Assembly: GCA_046758365.1 (NCBI GenBank)
Contig: JBHIAC010000122.1
Coordinates: 1-10,193 of the forward strand
DNA: 10,193 bases
DNA from: a bacterium
Lineage (GTDB): Bacteria > Zhuqueibacterota > Zhuqueibacteria > Oceanimicrobiales > Oceanimicrobiaceae
Reading direction: 5' to 3'
Part shown: positions 1-6,554 of the stretch, in pieces
Position numbering within the stretch: position 1 is the first letter of the stretch
Layout of the letters: each line of letters starts with the position of its first letter
The notes under the pieces: model-generated
Told to the model about the DNA's origin: nothing
The model's input: the letters and a program-made list of their open reading frames with translations, nothing else
The model's database searches: none
Made by a program: the position numbers and the translations under genes

Positions 1-380
1 TCATCAGAAAGCGACGGGGGGCTAAATAGTAAGGTTAGTCTGAAAATCACACCGAAAAGTATTCCCACAATCAACACTTCTTTAGTTGAAAGGCTTTCCT
101 GCATCTTTTGCTTTTTAATAAACTTGGTAAGCCAATGAATTCCTCCATTTGATCTTGCTTCCTTATTTGTCCCCATTTTTTTACTAAATTGGCTTCTATT
201 TTTTAAATCGAAAAATAATAAAGCGGCCACCCAATAAATTATATAGGCGATTCCATAGCAGATTAAATAAATTGGAATGTGGGCTCTCAGGTTCTCAAAT
301 AAGGACATAATAATATAGATCGTTTCCAAGCCCAAAGAAAATCCTAGAAAAATTTGTAAACTGGAATTTCTATTGTTCAT
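1..380 (-). CDS. Polytopic membrane glycosyltransferase, GT-C fold (GT87/DUF2029-like); partial, 3' end runs off the window
   Basis: Manual translation from ATG at 380-378 (AAGGA upstream) stays open to base 1: MNNRNSSLQIFLGFSLGLETIYIIMSLFENLRAHIPIYLICYGIAYIIYWVAALLFF...EVLIVGILFGVIFRLTLLFSPPSLSD(D/E). It has three hydrophobic segments followed by FRLxLLxxPxLSDD, which precedes YRYxWDG in this family. Absent from the ORF track because its stop lies outside the window. Confidence 0.8.
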   Translation of the reverse strand, partial: MNNRNSSLQIFLGFSLGLETIYIIMSLFENLRAHIPIYLICYGIAYIIYWVAALLFFDLKNRSQFSKKMGTNKEARSNGGIHWLTKFIKKQKMQESLSTKEVLIVGILFGVIFRLTLLFSPPSLSD

Positions 381-582
381 CAAATAGGTCCTTAAAATTT
401 ATTAAATATATTGAAATAATATTGAAAAATCAAATGACATATATTTAAAATGTTGGTGCTTTACACCTATGTAATTTATAATTTAAGACCTTGTAGAAAG
501 TTGTCGAATAATATCTTATGGTATACTGATCAAATCTTTATTTTTTTGAAAAAAGAATTGAATGTATTGGAAAGCTTTCCCG

Positions 583-676
583 TAGGGATATAGGTATAAG
601 GATATTGGGTATAAGGGATAAGATAAGTTACCAGATTAACCTACCTTATACCTTATTTCCTTATTCCCTTATAACC
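583..676. repeat. Imperfect inverted repeat built from 6-8 nt tandem units (ATAAGG / CCTTAT)
   Basis: Left arm TAGGGATATAGGTATAAGGATATTGGGTATAAGGGATAAGATAAGTTA (583-630); right arm TAACCTACCTTATACCTTATTTCCTTATTCCCTTATAACC (637-676). The units of the two arms are reverse complements. Confidence 0.75.
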
Positions 677-740
677 TCATTATTGAATCATTAATATTTG
701 CGCTGTTATGTTCTTATAATTATCTGAGTTAATTTTATTT

Positions 741-753
741 GCGGCTTCGCCGC
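741..753. repeat. Short GC-rich REP-like hairpin
   Basis: GCGGC-TTC-GCCGC in very AT-rich DNA, just upstream of the RBS of the 762 gene. Confidence 0.45.
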
Positions 754-761
754 CCTAAGAG

Positions 762-2291
762 GTGATGATTTTGGCTGGAGAAGAGATATTAGTTATTGAC
801 GATAATGCAAGTACACGGCAACTTCTTAAGGCTGTGCTTGAAAAAAAAGGTTACAACATTGCTCTTGCCGCGACTACCCATGAGGCTTTTGAGAAGGTAA
901 AAAGAGAGCAACCAAACCTTATCATTCTACTCGATATCGATGGGTCTAAACTGCTGGAATTCATAAATCAAGAGTCTCAGTTAACCTTGGTTCCAGTCAT
1001 GATTCTTACCTCAAAGAAAGAACTGGAAAACAAATTTCACAATGTCCTTCTAGGCGATATGGAGCAATTAACTAAATCAAAACAGTGGGAGAATTTAACC
1101 GCTAACGTAGACAATGTTTTTGATTTACATAATACAAAAATTAAAGATCATAATAAATCTAACGATCAAGAATCATTAAGACGGTTGTTGCAGTATATAA
1201 AACAAAAAAACATAAGTCAACTTACTCCCATAGTTAGAAAAGAAGCCAAATTAGGTTATGAATATCCTCAAGCAGCTAAAATTCTCCAACTAGATGTCAT
1301 TGGTGAGGAAATTTTAACTTTGGAGCGATTAGCAGAAGAAAAGCATCTCGATCGGGTGATTTATGACATCATTCATATTTGCCCATTTTGTGGTCACCAT
1401 GATTTGAATTATCGAGAAATTTGTCCCCAATGTAAATCCATAGAAATCGAATCCTTTAATGTAATCATGCATATCAAATGTGGTCACAGAGCATTAGAAT
1501 ATGAATTCAATCGCAATGGGAAAAAGATATGTCCAGCCTGCAACCGTTCTCTCACTGGGGAAGGGATTGATTATGAAAAAGCAAATCGCTCTGTGTTTAG
1601 ATGCTTCACTTGCAGAAAAAAGTTTTCCAATTCTGTTGTCAATTGCCGATGCATAAACTGCAACCAGCTATTTGACACATCAAAAGCTATAAAAAAGAAA
1701 ATCTATTCTTATCAGTTTCAAAAAATTGATGAAAACATTGCTGAAGATCTCGCTCTTTTACAAAAATACATTAAGAAAGCCCCATCTCCAACTAAACCCA
1801 CTAAAAAGTCACCAAAACCTCATTCACCATTACAAACGGATTTTGCAGAGATGGGATTGGAAACCTTAAATTGGCAATTATTAACCCATCAGCTTCGACA
1901 TGAAATTAAACGATCCCGTAAAAATAATTTAAAATTCTCTCTATTGAAACTTTCTTTTCTTCGCGAAGACGGCTTAGACTTGGATGTAGATAATACTCTT
2001 CCAAAGCCAGTTCTTCGAAAGTTAATTTTGATACTTAAAAAATGTTTGAGAGATTTAGATATAATTTGTATAAAAAATCCAATGGAGTATGTCATTCTAC
2101 TACCTGAAACACCATTAAGTATGGCCAAGATTTTAGGGGAGCGTATTCATAATTACTTTGATCAACTTAAGCTGCCAATTACGGCTGAAATATCTTTATC
2201 AGGTTATCCAGAGGATGGGAAAGAAGCTGGGGAGCTTTTGGAAGTTATTAATTTAAATTTAGCTATTTTAAATCCAGATAACTCTCATTAA
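762..2291 (+). CDS. Response regulator: REC + TackOD1-like multi-zinc-ribbon domain + degenerate GGDEF domain
   Basis: N-terminal ILVIDDN...PNLIILLD...VMILTS...LTK receiver motifs. Central GYEYP...LERLAEEKHL followed by CPFC, CPQC, HIKC, CPAC, CFTC and CINC pairs (1380-1661). C-terminal EIKRSRK..FSLL...LRDLDIICIKNPMEYVILLPET...YPEDG matches the GGDEF fold. The true start may be TTG at 771, since GAGGTGA at 759-765 is better spaced from it. Confidence 0.85.
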   Translation: MMILAGEEILVIDDNASTRQLLKAVLEKKGYNIALAATTHEAFEKVKREQPNLIILLDIDGSKLLEFINQESQLTLVPVMILTSKKELENKFHNVLLGDMEQLTKSKQWENLTANVDNVFDLHNTKIKDHNKSNDQESLRRLLQYIKQKNISQLTPIVRKEAKLGYEYPQAAKILQLDVIGEEILTLERLAEEKHLDRVIYDIIHICPFCGHHDLNYREICPQCKSIEIESFNVIMHIKCGHRALEYEFNRNGKKICPACNRSLTGEGIDYEKANRSVFRCFTCRKKFSNSVVNCRCINCNQLFDTSKAIKKKIYSYQFQKIDENIAEDLALLQKYIKKAPSPTKPTKKSPKPHSPLQTDFAEMGLETLNWQLLTHQLRHEIKRSRKNNLKFSLLKLSFLREDGLDLDVDNTLPKPVLRKLILILKKCLRDLDIICIKNPMEYVILLPETPLSMAKILGERIHNYFDQLKLPITAEISLSGYPEDGKEAGELLEVINLNLAILNPDNSH

Positions 2292-2454
2292 TAGACTTCC
2301 TTCAGCGCTACAAAGAAGGCCGTTAAATAGGCTCGGTTAATCCACTCCAGCACGGAGCCGACTCAAGTAAAAAGCCGCCGTGTTAATATTAAAACTATTT
2401 TATACTTTTTTAGGAACAATTTTTATGTTATTAACGTAATTTATTATTAACATA

Positions 2455-2514
2455 TAGTCATTACCCTTCCTTCCTCCTCCTAAGCCGCTCGTTTTTAAAA
2501 CGAGCGGCTTTTTT
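2455..2514 (+). ncRNA. Candidate small RNA or 3'-UTR-derived RNA with CU-rich anti-SD-like tract; 5' end unknown
   Basis: CCCTTCCTTCCTCCTCCT (2464-2481) directly abuts a strong terminator hairpin about 190 nt after the upstream stop codon. Confidence 0.3.
2482..2514 (+). terminator. Rho-independent terminator
   Basis: Perfect inverted repeat AAGCCGCTCGTTTT-T-AAAACGAGCGGCTT (2482-2510) running into a T6 tract (2509-2514). Confidence 0.9.
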
Positions 2515-2608
2515 ATTCTTTTTAAAATTACAATCAATTCCTAAGAATGACCAACCTGCTATTTAAATAAAATCTTGAATTGTCTTTAATTTATAAGTTA
2601 AGTGTTAA

Positions 2609-2638
2609 TTGACTTATTTCGATATATATAGATACATT
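2609..2638 (+). promoter_or_regulatory. Possible sigma70-type promoter for the pseudokinase
   Basis: TTGACT (2609-2614), 18 nt spacer, TACATT (2633-2638), ending 24 nt before ATG 2663. The AT-rich context makes a chance match possible. Confidence 0.35.
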
Positions 2639-2662
2639 ATTTTGGTAAAATAGAATTTATTT

Positions 2663-3538
2663 ATGCAATTTCCAAAACTTAAAAAATATAAGATTATGCG
2701 TAAAATTTGTAAGAAATTATGTTTTACACTCTATGAAGCTATGGACAAAATTAATGGTAAAAAGCGATTTCTGAAAGTGCTCGATGAAAATTTTTCTATT
2801 GATGGAATAAATGTATTTCTTTTTCTTAATAGCGCTCGCATGAGCAGTTTATTAAATAGTAAAGAGATTTGCAAAGTTTATGATTATGGCAAAGAAAATG
2901 ATCATTACATCATAGTTTCAGAGTATATCAATTCAAAACCTTTGAATTTATTTATTCATGAGGAATTCCCTATCCCTTTAAAACAAATAGTAGATGTTAT
3001 TTCAAAAATCGCTATGGCTTTGCGTTATGCCCATCAACATGGCGTTGTACATGGGCTTCTGAATCCATGCAGCATTTTTATTACTGATGATGGCTCAATC
3101 AAAATAGACGATTTTTGTTTCCATTGGATTACTACGCATTTATCTACAATTGAAGATGCAGAAGCTATTTTTCTCTCTTACCACATTTCCCCAGAATTAT
3201 TCAAGAGAATAGAAAAAATTGATGGTAGGGCAGATATTTATTCTCTCGGTGTAATTTTGCTGCAACTTTTAACTGATTACACCCCTATCAATGGTAATGA
3301 AAATGGATCAATTCAAAATATGCGCTTGCCTGCTTCTATCCCTTCCTTGTGTAATTTATTAGCTGATTATCCAAGCAGATTAGAAAAAATTGTATCTAAA
3401 TCTTTGGATAGGAATCCAGAAAACCGATATTGGAATTTGAAAGAATTCATTGATGATTTAAAATTATTAAAAAGTAAATATTTAGTCTCCTCTAAATCCT
3501 ACGGCAAAAGGAATACAGTAGTTAATTTCAAAAAGTGA
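2663..3538 (+). CDS. Hanks-type Ser/Thr protein kinase-like protein, predicted pseudokinase
   Basis: Kinase scaffold motifs are present (FLKVL, VYDYG, IVSEYI, ALRYAHQHGVVH, SPE, DGRADIYSLG, PENRY). Catalytic motifs are altered: HRDLKPxN is HGLLNPCS, DFG is DFC, and there is no glycine-rich loop. No TM segment or extra domain. Confidence 0.85.
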   Translation: MQFPKLKKYKIMRKICKKLCFTLYEAMDKINGKKRFLKVLDENFSIDGINVFLFLNSARMSSLLNSKEICKVYDYGKENDHYIIVSEYINSKPLNLFIHEEFPIPLKQIVDVISKIAMALRYAHQHGVVHGLLNPCSIFITDDGSIKIDDFCFHWITTHLSTIEDAEAIFLSYHISPELFKRIEKIDGRADIYSLGVILLQLLTDYTPINGNENGSIQNMRLPASIPSLCNLLADYPSRLEKIVSKSLDRNPENRYWNLKEFIDDLKLLKSKYLVSSKSYGKRNTVVNFKK

Positions 3539-3812
3539 CTATAAAAATTGATTAAAGAGGATGCTCGTAAGAAAGGTGGTAAATACCGGGTTCGTATGGA
3601 AAGTGCTATGTATGGAAAAATTAATGGCAAAGGACCAGAATACTATTTTTCAACTTATACGGTACCATTCTTTGCGGATTGCATCCGTCAAATTGGCTGG
3701 CTTTTCTGGTTTTTTATCGGTGAATTTGATTAATTTGTTTTGAATCACAACCCGCCTCATGTAAAAATCCCAAATCTGAGAAACGGGCTAATTATATTTC
3801 AAAACATTCCTC

Positions 3813-3841
3813 TTGACTTTAGTTGATAGGTTTTTTACAAT
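3813..3841 (+). promoter_or_regulatory. sigma70-type promoter for the GH13 gene
   Basis: TTGACT (3813-3818), 17 nt spacer, TACAAT (3836-3841); each hexamer is 5/6 consensus. Confidence 0.7.
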
Positions 3842-3921
3842 TAAACTAATATATGATCGAATCTAAACAAGGGTATAGTTGTCTACTTGAAACAACTTAT
3901 AAATAGGATTTTATCAACAGA

Positions 3922-6150
3922 GTGCTTGCCAAAATTATATCCGCCAAAGCCTTAGACAAAAACCACATTCAAATTGAATTCGAAAATGAAAATTATACCT
4001 TCTCCGGAAAAGACGTTTTTGTTGCTGGTGATATAAAAATCCATGCAATTAAGTCAGATAGGCATTTAGTTCTTTTAGAAACCACAGATTTGGACTACCG
4101 TCAAAACTATTTTGTCGAAGTAAAAGGATATGATAAAATACCTGTAGATTTAGGTATACTGCTGGATAAAATTACCACCGATAAGCCTTTAGGATTCACA
4201 GTAGAAGGCGATCAGACCGTGTTTCGTCTCTTTGCACCTCGGGCTAAATCCGTAAAATTGGTTCTCTTTGAAAAACACACCGACACTACTGGAACCGAGT
4301 ACGAAATGATCCTCACAGAAGATGGCATTTGGGAATATGCCCTTGATTGTACGCACTGGGACAAGTACTATGGTTACAAGGTAGCTGGCCCCAGTGATGT
4401 CACAGAAATTTTCCGACCAGAGCAGGTCTTGGCTGACCCCTATTCTAAAGCCGTCTGTACAAAAAACACTCATTTGCATGAAGCGAAAAGCATTATTATA
4501 AAGACCCAGGATTACGATTGGGAAGGGGACACACCTTTAAGTATTCCTGGTCATGATCTGATAATTTATGAGATGCACGTTCGAGACATGATCATGCACC
4601 CCTCTGCAGTCGTAAAAGATCAAGGCACTTACCATGGCTTGTTTGAGAAAGGCACCCGCGGTGGAATCAATCATATTTTAGAGTTGGGAGTGAATGCAGT
4701 GGAGCTTCTTCCATGCCAGGAATTTGGCAATATTGAAATTACGTTTGGAAAGGCGATAAACGGTATTAACAACATCTGGAATCTCTACCCCACAAATCAC
4801 TGGGGCTACATGACCTCTTATTTTTTTGCACCAGAATCTTATTATGCTTCAAAAGGTACTATGAAGCCTGGCGAATACTGCGGGATTCATGGTCAGCAAG
4901 TTTGGGAATTCAAAAATCTGGTGAAAGCTTTTCACAAAGAAGGTATCGCTGTTATTATGGATGTGGTGTACAATCATGTCTCCAACTATGATTTGAATCC
5001 ACTGAAGTATATCGATAAAAAATACTACTTCCGATTAGACCCGATGATGAATTTCTTGAGCCACAGCGGCTGCGGCAACGACTTTAAAACCGAACGTCCC
5101 ATGGCGCGACGACTGATTTTAGACAGCATCAAATACTGGTTAGAAGAGTACCACATCGATGGCTTCCGGTTCGATTTGGCAGCTATGATTGATTGGGAAA
5201 CCGTGGAGCAGATCACCGAAGAAGCTAAACGGATTAATCCGAATGTTATTTTAATTGCTGAACCCTGGGGTGGTGGTAAATATGACCTGGCTGGATTTTC
5301 TAAACGAGGTTGGGCTGCCTGGAATGACTTGTTTCGAAATGGCGTAAAAGGACAAAATCCCGTAGATGGACTGGGATGGATTTTTGGGAAAAACTGGGGC
5401 CCAAACAATTTTAAAACCATTCAGAGTTATATTAAAGGCTCCACTAAAAAAGATGGTGGACCCTTTATGATACCAGCCCATTCCATCAATTATTTGGAAT
5501 CCCACGATAACTACACGCTTGGCGATTTTATCCGCATCGGCAGTGGCGAAGTTAACGCGCAAGAAGTAATCAGCGACCTACAAGCCCATGTTAAGTTAAC
5601 GAAAAAACAGATGAAGCTAAACAAACTTGCGGCAGCGTTTCTTTTTACTAGTCAGGGTTCGGTAATGATTGGGGAAGGTCAAGAATTTGCTCATAGCAAA
5701 GTCATTACAGCCACAGATGCATCGGATCCCAATATAGGTCGCATGGACCACAACTCCTATGATAAAGACAACGAAACCAATTGGCTTAATTTTGAACACA
5801 AAGAATTAAATAGAGAGCTATTCGAATATTACCAAGGACTCATTGAACTTCGACAGGCGCATCCAACTTTTCGTAAAACTCCAGGAGATGCGATTCAGTT
5901 TCTAAAATCTTATGTAGGGTTTTCGGTTGGCTACTTTTTACCCAAAAAACCATCTGGTGATACCAGAAATTTTGTGGTGCTTCTAAATGCTAATCAAACA
6001 GAGGCTGCTATCTTCGTTTTACCTAAAGGTGCATGGAAAAAAGTCGTGGATGAAAAACAAACTGGCAGATATGAGGTTGGAGCAGCTATTCAAGGAAAGA
6101 TTAAGGTGCCGCCGATATCCGCAATGGTACTTGTGAACCGTTTAAACTAA
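3922..6150 (+). CDS. pulA: GH13 alpha-1,6 debranching enzyme (type I pullulanase-like) with CBM48-like domain; no signal peptide
   Basis: FRLFAPRAKSVKLVLF (CBM48-like), ADPYSKA, IIYEMHVRD, LGVNAVELLP, NHWGY, DVVYNH, DGFRFDL (nucleophile Asp), IAEPW (acid/base Glu), YLESHDN (third catalytic Asp). The gene symbol is by family resemblance only. Confidence 0.9.
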   Translation: MLAKIISAKALDKNHIQIEFENENYTFSGKDVFVAGDIKIHAIKSDRHLVLLETTDLDYRQNYFVEVKGYDKIPVDLGILLDKITTDKPLGFTVEGDQTVFRLFAPRAKSVKLVLFEKHTDTTGTEYEMILTEDGIWEYALDCTHWDKYYGYKVAGPSDVTEIFRPEQVLADPYSKAVCTKNTHLHEAKSIIIKTQDYDWEGDTPLSIPGHDLIIYEMHVRDMIMHPSAVVKDQGTYHGLFEKGTRGGINHILELGVNAVELLPCQEFGNIEITFGKAINGINNIWNLYPTNHWGYMTSYFFAPESYYASKGTMKPGEYCGIHGQQVWEFKNLVKAFHKEGIAVIMDVVYNHVSNYDLNPLKYIDKKYYFRLDPMMNFLSHSGCGNDFKTERPMARRLILDSIKYWLEEYHIDGFRFDLAAMIDWETVEQITEEAKRINPNVILIAEPWGGGKYDLAGFSKRGWAAWNDLFRNGVKGQNPVDGLGWIFGKNWGPNNFKTIQSYIKGSTKKDGGPFMIPAHSINYLESHDNYTLGDFIRIGSGEVNAQEVISDLQAHVKLTKKQMKLNKLAAAFLFTSQGSVMIGEGQEFAHSKVITATDASDPNIGRMDHNSYDKDNETNWLNFEHKELNRELFEYYQGLIELRQAHPTFRKTPGDAIQFLKSYVGFSVGYFLPKKPSGDTRNFVVLLNANQTEAAIFVLPKGAWKKVVDEKQTGRYEVGAAIQGKIKVPPISAMVLVNRLN

Positions 6151-6151
6151 A

Positions 6152-6444
6152 TTGGTAGCCTCTCTGTTCCAACATCTCGCAGGCCCCCTGAGACCACGCC
6201 GTCCAGAATTACACCCCACGATTATTTTAGTATCTTTTGGAAAATTGGCTTCCACAACCTACAAAAATTCAGGATTATCCTCTAACATCTGGGCCACGGT
6301 ATTAAAATGTTTAATGGGAATATTTTTGCATTAATAGGATGGCGTTGTATGAATTCCAATTCAGATCGAACATCCAAATATATAATCCTCTCCGCTTTCT
6401 GGTAGTATTTTGGCTTCTTGTTGAGAAATTTGTTTAATAGCCAT
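6152..6444 (-). pseudogene. Single-domain rhodanese-like sulfurtransferase pseudogene
   Basis: From ATG 6444: MAIKQISQQEAKILPESGEDYI / frameshift in the TATATA run near 6380 / DVRSELEFIQRHPINAKNIPIKHFNTVAQMLEDNPEFL*(TAG 6261-6259)VVEANFPKDTKIIVGCNSGRR / frameshift near 6185-6197 / ACEMLEQRGYQ. Has the DVR..EF...H...A.NIP and CxxGxR rhodanese motifs; the C-terminus is missing. Confidence 0.88.
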
Positions 6445-6472
6445 GATTACACTTCTATCTTTAAGGTTGTTC

Positions 6473-6522
6473 ACTATAATTCGCCATTTTTGTATTGCAA
6501 TTCAAATTTTATCTGTTAAATT
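6473..6522. promoter_or_regulatory. Possible back-to-back sigma70 promoters sharing a palindromic -35
   Basis: TTGCAA (6495-6500) is self-complementary. Plus strand: 16 nt to TGn-TAAATT (6517-6522). Minus strand: 16 nt to TATAGT (6478-6473). Confidence 0.4.
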
Positions 6523-6554
6523 AATTGTCAAACTTAAAACATTGAGGAGGAAAA

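Noticed and set aside
583..676. CRISPR array or iterons
   Set aside because: Units are 6-8 nt, have no spacers and are arranged as an inverted pair; no cas or rep gene is present.
1889..2128. 79-aa minus-strand ORF
   Set aside because: Antisense shadow of the GGDEF-like domain with no recognisable features.
2411..2427. sigma54 promoter for the candidate sRNA (TAGGAACAATTTTTATG)
   Set aside because: The -12 GC dinucleotide is missing (GG-N10-AT).
2400..2481. Minus-strand AGGAGGAGGAAGG as RBS for a small ORF
   Set aside because: It leads only to MTIC* or a poorly spaced 17-codon AT-rich ORF. The adjacent terminator's polarity favours a plus-strand RNA.
4189..5799. Four minus-strand ORFs (96, 131, 103 and 60 aa)
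   Set aside because: All lie antisense within the well-supported GH13 gene.
6152..6334. 60-aa plus-strand ORF
   Set aside because: Antisense to the rhodanese pseudogene, which explains the sequence.
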